Source: a virus (taxonomy: Duplodnaviria; Caudoviricetes). Taken from it: 64,000 nucleotides of DNA. Position numbers and translations under genes: made by a program. The stretch lies in IMG/VR virus record IMGVR_UViG_3300035208_004396. The stretch is one strand, 5' to 3'. The notes below the pieces were generated by a model. The model ran no database searches. It saw nothing but the letters and a program-made list of their open reading frames with translations, and was not told where the DNA came from. Of the stretch, positions 1 through 9,624 are shown piece after piece. Within the stretch, counting starts at the first letter, position 1, and each line of letters begins with the position of its first letter.

Positions 1-441
1 TATACTGCTAATGGATCGAGTAAAAACATGATTTATCATCCACAAGGGTTGAGAAAAGTTGATAAGGAATGGTGTAGACCAAAAAACTACATGAGTGGAG
101 ATAAAGGTGTAAATCCGGCAAGAGAGAGCAATCAGTTATCCAGAGTTATTGAAAATGAAGGGTATCCAAGGCAAGTCTTAGATTTTAAAAACCCAAATAA
201 TAATGTTATCCATCCTACGCAAAAACCAGTAGATTTATGTGAATATTTAATTTTAACATATTCAAATGAAGGTGAGGTAGTATTAGATAATTGTATGGGT
301 TCTGGGTCTACTGGTGTCGCTTGTATCAACACAAAACGAGATTTTATCGGAATTGAAAAAGATGATAATTATTTTGAAATTGCTAAAAATAGAATAATGG
401 AACAGTATAAATTAAATAAGATAGATAAAGATAAAACATAA
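1..441 (+). CDS. DNA N4-cytosine/N6-adenine methyltransferase, C-terminal part (5' end outside window)
   Basis: HPTQKP and VLDNCMGSGSTG (SAM-binding) motifs, FIGIE; frame open from base 1. Confidence 0.9.
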   Translation, partial: YTANGSSKNMIYHPQGLRKVDKEWCRPKNYMSGDKGVNPARESNQLSRVIENEGYPRQVLDFKNPNNNVIHPTQKPVDLCEYLILTYSNEGEVVLDNCMGSGSTGVACINTKRDFIGIEKDDNYFEIAKNRIMEQYKLNKIDKDKT

Positions 442-738
442 ACAAAAAATTAAAATAAAGAGACACGCCAGAAAGTTTAATTAGTATTGTTAAAAAATAT
501 TTTTCTGAATATGGAGAAAAAAGATTAGAAGCTATTAATATTAATAAATAGGAAGAGAGCTCAATTAGCGTAGTTTGGTTTAGCGCAATAGATGAATACA
601 CGGGTTGGATTGTTTTGTCATGGTACAAATCACATGGTCGAACGTCATTGGCTAGGTTTATTTCTGATAGCACAGATATTCCGCTAACGCTTGAAATAGC
701 ACAGCAGGCATTACAGCAATATAAAGATTCAGTGTGAT
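438..738 (+). pseudogene. degraded ORF with in-frame stops
   Basis: Protein-like frame (RDTPESLISIVKKYF...WIVLSWYK...) broken by TAA and TAG. Confidence 0.3.
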
Positions 739-813
739 AAGAAATCTACATAGTTATGTACTATGGTATATATGTTTAACTGTAAAAATCTTCTGTAATT
801 GTCAATTAGTCTA

Positions 814-842
814 TTGAGAAATACGAGATATTTTGGTATATT
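814..842 (+). promoter_or_regulatory. sigma70-type early promoter TTGAGA-N17-TATATT
   Basis: Same motif recurs at ~27428, 46253-46281(-), 62099, 62521 (N16); variants at ~6859 and ~12848-12876(-). Confidence 0.75.
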
Positions 843-897
843 ATTAATTAGATGGGATTTTCCATCATAACGATGCTTAATGCATCAAGGATTAAAT

Positions 898-1128
898 ATG
901 AGTGAAAAGATTAGTTCTGATGTAAAGATTATGAATCGTAAGGCTCGTGCACTTCGTCGCCGTGTTATGTCGGCAATGGTTACTCCGGTGCTTAATTGCG
1001 ATTTTAGCATTCAGAATGGGATTCTGAAATTTCAGAATAAGACCATCAAGTCTGAGGGTAAAAATAAGTATTTCTTCGGAGATGACAATACACCACATAC
1101 TCTAAAGGATTTGGTAAAGATTTTCTAA
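898..1128 (+). CDS. hypothetical protein
   Basis: AAGGA RBS before ATG 898, early promoter upstream, terminator downstream. Confidence 0.7.
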   Translation: MSEKISSDVKIMNRKARALRRRVMSAMVTPVLNCDFSIQNGILKFQNKTIKSEGKNKYFFGDDNTPHTLKDLVKIF

Positions 1129-1134
1129 ACTTTT

Positions 1135-1159
1135 ATCCCGGAAATCCCGGGATTTTTTG
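1135..1159 (+). terminator. intrinsic terminator
   Basis: ATCCCGG-AAATC-CCGGGAT followed by T tract. Confidence 0.8.
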
Positions 1160-1197
1160 TAATTTTTCCCATTTAGAAACTTAAGCGGCTTTCTTAT

Positions 1198-1356
1198 ATG
1201 AAAGACTCAGCAGAATTAGAAAATAAAAATATGAAATACGAGATTAAGAAACTTCTTACTGCTTATTTAGCAGCGGAATTTGAATCTGATTCCGATTTTT
1301 CTCAATTTTTAGATCAACTTGAACGCGTTTTAGCTTTTGTAGAAGATAAACACTAA
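1198..1356 (+). CDS. small hypothetical protein (52 aa)
   Basis: Manual translation MKDSAELENKNMKYEIKK... Confidence 0.4.
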   Translation: MKDSAELENKNMKYEIKKLLTAYLAAEFESDSDFSQFLDQLERVLAFVEDKH

Positions 1357-1373
1357 TTCATATCTTAGCTTTT

Positions 1374-1481
1374 ATGTTTATTCTATGGATAGTAACTATA
1401 ATTGTTTCCGTTATAGGAATTATTTTTATTATATGTTTATTCATTATTATTTCATTACGTGGAATAAAACGTAACTTATGA
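1374..1481 (+). CDS. small membrane peptide (35 aa)
   Basis: MFILWIVTIIVSVIGIIFIICLFIIISLRGIKRNL: one TM helix plus basic tail. Confidence 0.45.
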   Translation: MFILWIVTIIVSVIGIIFIICLFIIISLRGIKRNL

Positions 1482-1619
1482 CAGAATATTATAAACTAAT
1501 AGTAGTTTGGATAATTTGTAATTTAAATGGATTAACAATTTTATCTATATTTTACATTTTCTTTCTTAAAAAATGTTTAACCCTTTACGATATTAATTTA
1601 TTTTACTTATATTATAAGC

Positions 1620-1718
1620 ATGAACAAAATTAAGTATTATTCAATTAGACTAGGCATTATTCTCGCTGGTATTGTAATGGGATATGCTTGCTGCATTCTA
1701 ACCTGGTTTTTATCATGA
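1620..1718 (+). CDS. small membrane peptide (32 aa)
   Basis: TATATT-N6-ATG; hydrophobic C-terminal half. Confidence 0.45.
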   Translation: MNKIKYYSIRLGIILAGIVMGYACCILTWFLS

Positions 1719-1978
1719 TTATCAGTTATGGAACCAAAAACTTAGATCTTGGCAATGTCACTGGTATAACTCGGATCGTAAAAGATACTGTTTATCATAG
1801 TGGATACATTCTGGGTTTATACCGAAACTAAAACATATATGTTTGATTTAATACCTACTAGTATACGTATTTGGATTATTGGGGATTCAGCAGATCATTT
1901 AATCGATCTTAATACTAGTGTTGAACTTATTACAGATCAATTCGATTAGATTTATAAACAGATTAAAAGGAATCTAAA

Positions 1979-2152
1979 ATGAAACTTACTAATAAACAGT
2001 TGAATAGGATAGAAGATATTCACTTCCGTTATGATCTGCATTATAAACTGTGGGACTGGCTTAGCAAACATCCCGACAAAAATAAAGCAGATTACTTTTT
2101 AAAACATAAAACAGCAGATATTTTTTCAGGTCCTTATAGCTGTTATGCTTGA
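1979..2152 (+). CDS. hypothetical protein, possibly truncated
   Basis: AAGGA RBS; HYKLWDWLSKHP...SCYA-stop. Confidence 0.45.
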   Translation: MKLTNKQLNRIEDIHFRYDLHYKLWDWLSKHPDKNKADYFLKHKTADIFSGPYSCYA

Positions 2153-2197
2153 ATGTTTTACGATAAATAGATTGACTAAAAAATCTATATTAAAAAT

Positions 2198-2494
2198 ATG
2201 AAATATAAAGATTTTAAGAAAGCTCTTATGCTTGCTGGTATTAAAGATGAGAATGAGATTATTTTTCAAACTTATGATATTAATACTAATGTAAGTAAGA
2301 TTATTCCTCAAGTAGTATTGATCTCCTTCCCTGAACAAGTTGGGGAGATTTTCCATATTATTGGTTTGGGAGATTCTGATGAATTAATGTTGAATTATGA
2401 ACAGGCTGGTACAAAACCAGATTTCATTTTCGATAATGGTATTGAACCCGATTGGACACCGGCATCAAATACTATTAAAAAGGTGATAAAATGA
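2198..2494 (+). CDS. hypothetical protein
   Basis: ORF track; TATATT-N6-ATG. Confidence 0.7.
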   Translation: MKYKDFKKALMLAGIKDENEIIFQTYDINTNVSKIIPQVVLISFPEQVGEIFHIIGLGDSDELMLNYEQAGTKPDFIFDNGIEPDWTPASNTIKKVIK

Positions 2495-2724
2495 TCAACT
2501 ATGCTATTTTTAACAGAGTCAGACATGATTTGAAGCTGGAAAAGAAAAAATGTGGTCTTAAATACAAGAACCAATTTATTTCCATTTTTTGTATGCATAA
2601 CATGATTTTGGTATGGAATAAAAATGGTTTTGTATGTCCTATTTTCGTACATACTAAATTTAATACCAACGATGTTGAAAAAGTTGAAAAAATAATCAAA
2701 GAGGCGATGTTAACTTATGAATGA
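2491..2724 (+). CDS. hypothetical protein
   Basis: ATGA overlap with previous ORF. Confidence 0.6.
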   Translation: MINYAIFNRVRHDLKLEKKKCGLKYKNQFISIFCMHNMILVWNKNGFVCPIFVHTKFNTNDVEKVEKIIKEAMLTYE

Positions 2725-2832
2725 AATTAACGATATCAAGAACATTTTGATTGGTTTAGAAGCTAGAATTAAACATATAGAAGAAATTTTAGCTAAACAA
2801 GATGAAAATACTAAAAAATCTTCTGGCGATAA

Positions 2833-3918
2833 ATGAAGATATTATTAGTAGGTAGTGGCATATTTAATGCTACATTATATTCTAAACTGCATAGTAATAA
2901 TCAAATAGATGTTATTGAAAAAAGAGATCAAATAGGTGGAAATTGTTATACTTCGAATAAAGAAGGCATAACAATTCACGAATATGGCGCTCATATTTTC
3001 CATACTAGTATCGAAATAGTGTGGTCTTTTGTAAACGAATATGCCGAATTCAATAATTTTGTAAATTCTCCTGTTGCTATCAATCATGATAGTTTGTATA
3101 ATCTACCATTTAACATGAACACTTTTGCTCAGATTTTTCATGTTTATACACCTAAAGAAGTTAAAAAGATCATAAAATCCGAAATAAATGAGTCTGGTAT
3201 AGATCCAGAAAACCCTAAAGATCTCGAAGAAAAAGCAATATTGATGGTCGGAACTACTATTTATGAAAAATTAATTAAACATTATACTGAAAAACAATGG
3301 CAGACAGATTGTAAAAATCTAGATAGTTCGATAATTTCTCGCATTCCATTACGTTTTACTTACGATAATAACTATTTTAATTCTAAGTATCAAGGTATAC
3401 CTATACATGGTTATACCAATATGATTCAAAATATGTTTAGTTGTGCTTCTATTAGATTAGGAACCGATTTTTTGAAAAAACGTGATGAATATATCAGAAA
3501 TTACGATTTAATCTTCTATTCTGGTAGTTTAGATGCCTTTTTCGGATATAAACTAGGTCGTTTGCCATATAGATATCTAGATTTCAAGATTAATCGCTAT
3601 TATGAAGATAATCATCAAGGTAATGCCGTCGTAAATTATACAGATAATAGACCATATACTAGAACTATTGAGCATAAGTTTTTTAATTCTGAAAAAATGG
3701 ATCGAAATTATACTTATGTAACTACGGAAACTCCTATACTTAATGGATCCGAACCTTATTATCCGATTTCTAATGAACAGTCTAGAGCATTATATGCTAG
3801 TATGGTAAATAGTCTTCCCCGAAACGTTATACCTTGTGGTAGACTTGGTACTTATTCTTATCTTGATATGGACAAAGCCATAGAAAATGCTATGAATTTA
3901 GCCCATCAATTTATATAA
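2833..3918 (+). CDS. glf: UDP-galactopyranose mutase
   Basis: GSGIFNA FAD loop, GGNCY, YGAHIFHT, YTEKQW, YQGIP, EPYYP, GRLGTYSYLDMD. Confidence 0.97.
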   Translation: MKILLVGSGIFNATLYSKLHSNNQIDVIEKRDQIGGNCYTSNKEGITIHEYGAHIFHTSIEIVWSFVNEYAEFNNFVNSPVAINHDSLYNLPFNMNTFAQIFHVYTPKEVKKIIKSEINESGIDPENPKDLEEKAILMVGTTIYEKLIKHYTEKQWQTDCKNLDSSIISRIPLRFTYDNNYFNSKYQGIPIHGYTNMIQNMFSCASIRLGTDFLKKRDEYIRNYDLIFYSGSLDAFFGYKLGRLPYRYLDFKINRYYEDNHQGNAVVNYTDNRPYTRTIEHKFFNSEKMDRNYTYVTTETPILNGSEPYYPISNEQSRALYASMVNSLPRNVIPCGRLGTYSYLDMDKAIENAMNLAHQFI

Positions 3919-3929
3919 TAAATAAAACT

Positions 3930-5417
3930 ATGATTGACAATTCTAAAATAATAGTAGCCATGACATCATGGCCGAAAAGAATAAAAAACACAGAAAAATG
4001 TATACTTCAATTATTAAACAATACCATTAAAGCTGATAAAATTTACTTAACACTGTCCGAATTAGAATTTAATAATAGAGAATTGCCTGAGTTTTTAATC
4101 AAATTTCAAGAAAAATATAACAATTTTGAAGTTTTTTGGGTAAAAGATAATCAGAAAACATTAAAAAAGGTATTTCCCATATTAGATCTTTATAACTCGG
4201 ATGATATATTTTTAACTGTAGATGATGACATTTTATACCCCACAGATTATATCGAATCGAGATTAAAAAGCTTTTTTATTTGTAATCAACCTTTGACCGG
4301 CACAAATATATTTGATCCCTGTACTTATAATAATTGGGGTGTTAATGGCATATTTGGTGCTGGCGGTGTATTCAAAAAGAAAATGTTAAATCATTATAAA
4401 GAGTTTATAAATACAGAAGTTATAGCTTTATATAATGATGATATAATTTATACAGTATTATCATGGTTAAATGGTTATATTCCTCAAAAAGTCGATAAAT
4501 ATCCGGTTCAAGAATTGATCACTAAATACACATATAATGAAGTATTTTCAGCACATACATTGAAAATTTATCCTGAAGCAGATGTAACTATAGAAATAAT
4601 ATCCAAACGTGTTAAAGAAATAACCGGTAAAGATGTAAAAGATTCTTTTAATTATTATAATGGAAAAACTCTTAATACTATAGCATTCATAACTAATTAT
4701 AGTAACAATCAACTTTTTATTAAATTTGTGGATTATTATAAGGAAAGAAATATAAAATTCAATGCTTTTACATGTAAAGAATATGGTTATGGCCGAGATA
4801 TGTTAGAAAAAATAATACCATATTATTTAAACGAAGATAGTATAGATTTATTATGCTATATCGACGTAGATTGTTTCGTTACTGATATTCCGAATATGAT
4901 TTCGTTGATCAATTATATTAAAAATTCCGAATATGGTATTTGTGGTATGCCCGATGGTGGTGAAATATCACATCGTAATAGTAACCCTAATTATCCTAAT
5001 CTGTTTTTCGTTATTTTCGATTTAACTAAATTACGAAAAGTTTATAAAAAAGATACGATACGTGATGAAAATATAGATAAACATATAAACCCACAAGCTA
5101 TTAAAACAATTACAAAAGATTATACTAGAATTAATATTGTTAAAAATGATAAAATGACACCATTTTCAGTATTACAGGGCTATAATGAACCATATTATTC
5201 ATTTTTTGCTTATTTTTTTAATAAAGGTATAAAATTTGCTAAATTGAAAGCTGATGATGCACCTGAAGTAGATAATGATGGTGCTACTACGAAATTATAT
5301 GATTTCAATAAAAACATTATTGCTTATCATACTTGGTTTGCCAGATCTTATCAAATAGAAAATTATCACACTAATAGAATAGATAAAACTATTAACTATT
5401 GTAAGGATCTATCATAA
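3930..5417 (+). CDS. two-domain GT-A glycosyltransferase
   Basis: N domain MTSWPKR...VDDDILYP; C domain YIDVDCF (DxD), HTWFAR. Confidence 0.75.
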   Translation: MIDNSKIIVAMTSWPKRIKNTEKCILQLLNNTIKADKIYLTLSELEFNNRELPEFLIKFQEKYNNFEVFWVKDNQKTLKKVFPILDLYNSDDIFLTVDDDILYPTDYIESRLKSFFICNQPLTGTNIFDPCTYNNWGVNGIFGAGGVFKKKMLNHYKEFINTEVIALYNDDIIYTVLSWLNGYIPQKVDKYPVQELITKYTYNEVFSAHTLKIYPEADVTIEIISKRVKEITGKDVKDSFNYYNGKTLNTIAFITNYSNNQLFIKFVDYYKERNIKFNAFTCKEYGYGRDMLEKIIPYYLNEDSIDLLCYIDVDCFVTDIPNMISLINYIKNSEYGICGMPDGGEISHRNSNPNYPNLFFVIFDLTKLRKVYKKDTIRDENIDKHINPQAIKTITKDYTRINIVKNDKMTPFSVLQGYNEPYYSFFAYFFNKGIKFAKLKADDAPEVDNDGATTKLYDFNKNIIAYHTWFARSYQIENYHTNRIDKTINYCKDLS

Positions 5418-5419
5418 TA

Positions 5420-6142
5420 TCACCAGGTAGTGGTATTCCAATCATTTTTAACTTGCTTTACTCTATTAGCATATAATATTTTACCTGCTAAAATATTGTA
5501 ACCTCTGTTTAATGATAAAGCCACATTATCAGGGACAATATAGTTTATAGCATTAAAACAACCCGGTTTATTATAAGAGGGGATTCTGAAAATATATCCA
5601 TTTAATAACAGTATATTGGTATAGGCTTGATCATCTTGATTATCTGAAAAAAGTTCCGGTGTCATAAACTTTTCCCACCCATTTAGCATTTTTTTAGATA
5701 CTACACCAGCACAACCCGAGCTATATAATGACGTTTTTCCGTTAATTGTCAAGTGATCTATTCCATTTTCAGTAATACCACACATTTTATTATACTTCGA
5801 AAATTCTACTATTCTTTTTTCTAATAAATCCTTCGGCATTTTAAGCATATCATCATCCAAATAAATGATGATATCATCAGGATTTAGAAATTGCAAAATA
5901 GGAAATACTTTTTTCATAGTTTTAGAATTTTCTTTAACCCAGTTTATTTTGAACCAATCATCGATTTTATCTACTAAATCTTTAGGTAAATCGTCATTTT
6001 TACTTGGAAATTCATCACTTGACAATGTTAAATAAAAATTATCTGGCACTAAAGTCTGATTTTTTATTAAATCTACCATTTTTGACACATTTTTGATTCT
6101 TTTACGCCATGATGTCATGCAACAAACAATTTTATCGATCAT
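5420..6142 (-). CDS. GT-A glycosyltransferase, paralog of the N domain of 3930..5417
   Basis: MTSWRKR, KKVFPIL, YLDDD. Confidence 0.75.
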   Translation of the reverse strand: MIDKIVCCMTSWRKRIKNVSKMVDLIKNQTLVPDNFYLTLSSDEFPSKNDDLPKDLVDKIDDWFKINWVKENSKTMKKVFPILQFLNPDDIIIYLDDDMLKMPKDLLEKRIVEFSKYNKMCGITENGIDHLTINGKTSLYSSGCAGVVSKKMLNGWEKFMTPELFSDNQDDQAYTNILLLNGYIFRIPSYNKPGCFNAINYIVPDNVALSLNRGYNILAGKILYANRVKQVKNDWNTTTW

Positions 6143-6185
6143 ATTGTTATATATTTTCTAATTTATCGTAAGGAAGGCTAAATAG

Positions 6186-6842
6186 ATGAAGATTTTAGTT
6201 AGTGCTAGTGAAAAGGATATTAAAAGTCCTATTGTAAATGGCATTAGAGAGTATTATTATCCGGGTGAAAAAGATCCGGATAATCGTTATTATTGTGAAT
6301 TGACTGCTTTTTATTATATGGTAAAACATGAAAAAAATCAATATTTGGGCTTAGAACAATATAAAAGAACATTTAGACTTAAAACTGAAGAAACAGGTGA
6401 AATTTTGATTAAAAACGATGTTATTTGTCATAATACATTATCTAATGCTTATTATGATCATCGTACTATTTACGAAAGATTAGTTCAGGGTTTTGGTTGT
6501 GGTTCTTTGGCTAAAGAAACTGATAGAATGATTTTCACCATAAAATATCAATATCCCGAATATTATAGCGAAATGAAAGATATATTGAATTCTAGGTCTC
6601 ATTGGCAACATAATATGATCATTTCTAGTAGAGATATTTGTAATGCTTATGCGGATTGGTTATTTCCAATGTTAGATATCTTCATTAAAAAATTCGATAT
6701 TAATACTATGCCTAAAAGAGCAATAGGACATTTAGCCGAACTTTTATTATTGACATTATGGTTAGATCATCAAAAAATTAAAATTTTCGATTCTTCGGTG
6801 TTTACATTGGATAAATATAACGATTTCCGTGCTAATTTATAA
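6186..6842 (+). CDS. DUF4422 (GT111-like) glycosyltransferase
   Basis: NRYYCELTAFY, GLEQYKR, NMII, YADWLFPML, RAIGHLAE. Confidence 0.75.
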   Translation: MKILVSASEKDIKSPIVNGIREYYYPGEKDPDNRYYCELTAFYYMVKHEKNQYLGLEQYKRTFRLKTEETGEILIKNDVICHNTLSNAYYDHRTIYERLVQGFGCGSLAKETDRMIFTIKYQYPEYYSEMKDILNSRSHWQHNMIISSRDICNAYADWLFPMLDIFIKKFDINTMPKRAIGHLAELLLLTLWLDHQKIKIFDSSVFTLDKYNDFRANL

Positions 6843-6905
6843 ATTAGCAAGATAATCATTTACAGGCAAAGAAAAATAATCTATATTTAGCAAAAAGAGG
6901 TTAAA

Positions 6906-7352
6906 ATGGCAGAACTTACACTTGAAGAAGCTAGAAAGATCTATTCCGAATCAGATTCATTGAAAGATTTGATGTTAAGCAAATTCAGCAAGGAAGAACT
7001 GGAACATCATGAAGTAAGTCAAGCCGAATTCGATAAAAAATTCCTCGAACTCCTAGGGAAATGTATGAAAACTGGATTCCTTACCGAAGAAGGATTTCCT
7101 AGCACACTTCCTACTAATAGGATAGAACTCCGAAATATTGATAACGAATGGCTTTTTGATATTCAGTTTGCAGGAGAAAATAAGCATTTCTGGGCATCTT
7201 ATAATAGGATATGGCTTATTTTAGCAGATGAGTTTTCATTACAAGATGATGGGATTCAAAGACTTATGAAGAATCAGATGAAGATTAAGTTCGAATTTAC
7301 TGATGTTACACCATTATGGAAAGGTGTAGCTGCATCTTCGATTAAAATCTGA
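6906..7352 (+). CDS. hypothetical protein, MAEL paralog 1
   Basis: GAGG RBS, TTTACA-N17-TATATT promoter, paralogs downstream. Confidence 0.8.
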   Translation: MAELTLEEARKIYSESDSLKDLMLSKFSKEELEHHEVSQAEFDKKFLELLGKCMKTGFLTEEGFPSTLPTNRIELRNIDNEWLFDIQFAGENKHFWASYNRIWLILADEFSLQDDGIQRLMKNQMKIKFEFTDVTPLWKGVAASSIKI

Positions 7353-7461
7353 TTTGAATTATAGGATTAATTTTCTTTGTGAATACTAATTTATCTATTT
7401 GAGAGAAAATCCCCACTCTCTTTTTGTTGTTGGTGAGCATAAAAAAGGATAATTATAAAAA

Positions 7462-8073
7462 ATGAACAATCTGAATCTATTAGAACTAGGGTTTTTAACT
7501 GAAACTGTTGAAATATCCGGTGAATATAAGCTAAACTCAATTATGACTAATCATAATCATCTTAATGTTCATCTTCCGTTCCATGCTATTTCAGTATATG
7601 ACTGTGGGGAGCAACATTTAGCTAACTGCATAGGAACAAATTCTCATGGCCAAGCTATTATGGAATCTGGCCAGATATTAGATAACTATATAATAGTTCC
7701 CAAAGCAGTAGATCTAGCCTTATCTACAAAAATGAATAATTCGGGTGACTTCTTTTTAAATAGATCTTGGTATAATAATGATATGTCTGGCAGGGTTATC
7801 CATAAATGGAAATTACCTGCTATTCACATACTAAAATCTGATGTAAAAGTAAATGCTTATGTATTTAAAAAGTCTATATCTGTCTGGGTTATGCTACAGT
7901 CTAACCTTGAACCAGATAAAATAATAGGAATTGATCATAATGGACTTCCAATTTTAGATTCAGCTAAGAGTACAGAGTATATAGTAAATTTTGATAATAT
8001 TAATAGCAGTATACCCGAATTGATGCATAAGTTGGGAATTAATGGGAAATTTTTTGATTGCTACATAGATTAA
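7462..8073 (+). CDS. hypothetical protein with internal repeat
   Basis: IGTNSHGQAIMES and IGIDHNGLPILDS. Confidence 0.7.
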   Translation: MNNLNLLELGFLTETVEISGEYKLNSIMTNHNHLNVHLPFHAISVYDCGEQHLANCIGTNSHGQAIMESGQILDNYIIVPKAVDLALSTKMNNSGDFFLNRSWYNNDMSGRVIHKWKLPAIHILKSDVKVNAYVFKKSISVWVMLQSNLEPDKIIGIDHNGLPILDSAKSTEYIVNFDNINSSIPELMHKLGINGKFFDCYID

Positions 8074-8097
8074 AACCAGCAGATCTAGGAGTTAAAA

Positions 8098-8523
8098 ATG
8101 GCAGAATTGAATATTTCTGAAGCTAGAAAGATCTATAACTATTCGGATTCAATGAAAGAGTTGATGCTTACTAAGTTTACAAAAGAAGAACTGGAAGTAA
8201 GTCAATCCGAATTCGACAAAAAATTCATGGAACTACTTGGACTATGTACGAAAACAGTATTTTTTGCAGATAATGGAAATATAAGCAAACTTCCTACTAA
8301 TAGGATACAACTACGAAATATTGATGATAAATGGCTGTTTGATATTATGTTCACTGGAAAATACAAGCATTTTTGGGCATCTTCTGAGCGGATATGGAAT
8401 ATTTTCGAAGATGAGTACAATTTGCAATATTCTTATGTTCAACAACTTATGAAAAATTATGTTGAACGTAGGTTAGAATTAATAGATGTTAGACCAGTTC
8501 CTCAACGAGATACATTGACTTGA
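8098..8523 (+). CDS. hypothetical protein, MAEL paralog 2
   Basis: AGGAG RBS; aligns over full length to 6906..7352. Confidence 0.8.
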   Translation: MAELNISEARKIYNYSDSMKELMLTKFTKEELEVSQSEFDKKFMELLGLCTKTVFFADNGNISKLPTNRIQLRNIDDKWLFDIMFTGKYKHFWASSERIWNIFEDEYNLQYSYVQQLMKNYVERRLELIDVRPVPQRDTLT

Positions 8524-8595
8524 TTTTTTAAAGAACAGTATATATTTTATACTATAATTTTACTTATTTCGATACACTTGATAAAGGAATTAAAA

Positions 8596-8757
8596 ATGGC
8601 AGAACTTACAATTGAAGAAGCCAGTAAGATTTATGCATCAGCAGATTCATTAAAAGATTTGATGCTTACTAAGTTCAGCAAGGAAGAACTGGAACAACGA
8701 ATAAATAGGGCCGAATCAGATAAAAAATTCTCGGAAATCCTTGACTGGGAATGGTGA
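8596..8757 (+). pseudogene. truncated MAEL paralog 3 (53 aa)
   Basis: MAELTIEEASKIYASADSLKDLMLTKFSKEELE... then early stop. Confidence 0.65.
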
Positions 8758-8826
8758 AGATAAGTCTATATTAGATACTGTAATTCCACATATTTTAATA
8801 CATACTTGATAAAGGATATTAAACTA

Positions 8827-9624
8827 ATGAAAATTTTAGTTAGTGCTAGTGAAAAAGATGTTAAAAGCCCTATTGTTAGTGGCATAAGAGAGTATTATTA
8901 TCCTACTGAAAAAGATCCGGATAATCATTATTATTCAGAATTATCAACTTTACATCATATCTGGAAAGAAGTTGACGATGATATAGTTGGTCTTGAACAC
9001 TATCGTCGTTTTTTTATAGATAAAACTTATGATCCTATTCGAAATGGTTTCAACAGCTATAAAATATTAAATTCAGAGAAAATAGAACATATTTTGTCAG
9101 GATGTGATGCTATTTTAATTATACAATACGAAATGTACCCAAATATCATGTCATGTTTGTGTTCAGAAGCACATTTGCCATGCGGTGATCCTAATGATCC
9201 ACAAATAAAACAGTGGATTTTCGAATGGCTTTTGTTTATTAGAGATAAAGATCCCGATTTTGGAAACTGGGTTTTTAATACTATGTTTCATAGTCAAGCA
9301 TTTTTCGCTAATAATATGTTTATCACTAAAAAAGAGATCATTTCTAAATATTGCGAATACTTATTTCCGAAAATTGAAGAATTTGCTAAAACTAAAACTA
9401 AGCTACCATTAAGAATTTTTGGTTATTTCTCCGAATATTTAATGGGATATTGGTTTTTATATAATCATTATTCGGTAGATGCTGAATATAAGATCTGTTT
9501 TACCAAAGATTTGACTAATGTTGGTAGATTCCAGTTTACAAAGTCCGAAATTATAGATCGTCAAACCAAGATAAATAAGATGAAATATGAAAAGTTGTCC
9601 AATATGCGGAAAAAAGTGCAATGA
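8827..9624 (+). CDS. DUF4422 (GT111-like) glycosyltransferase
   Basis: NHYYSELSTL, VGLEHYRRFF, NMFI, YCEYLFP, RIFGYFSE; start moved to ATG 8827 by paralogy. Confidence 0.85.
   Translation: MKILVSASEKDVKSPIVSGIREYYYPTEKDPDNHYYSELSTLHHIWKEVDDDIVGLEHYRRFFIDKTYDPIRNGFNSYKILNSEKIEHILSGCDAILIIQYEMYPNIMSCLCSEAHLPCGDPNDPQIKQWIFEWLLFIRDKDPDFGNWVFNTMFHSQAFFANNMFITKKEIISKYCEYLFPKIEEFAKTKTKLPLRIFGYFSEYLMGYWFLYNHYSVDAEYKICFTKDLTNVGRFQFTKSEIIDRQTKINKMKYEKLSNMRKKVQ

Noticed and set aside
438-738. In-frame TAG suggesting stop-codon recoding
   Set aside because: The same frame also has a TAA, and all core genes read intact in code 11; more likely a pseudogene
6186-9624. Diversity-generating retroelement behind the paralog repeats
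   Set aside because: No reverse transcriptase, and differences are not adenine-specific
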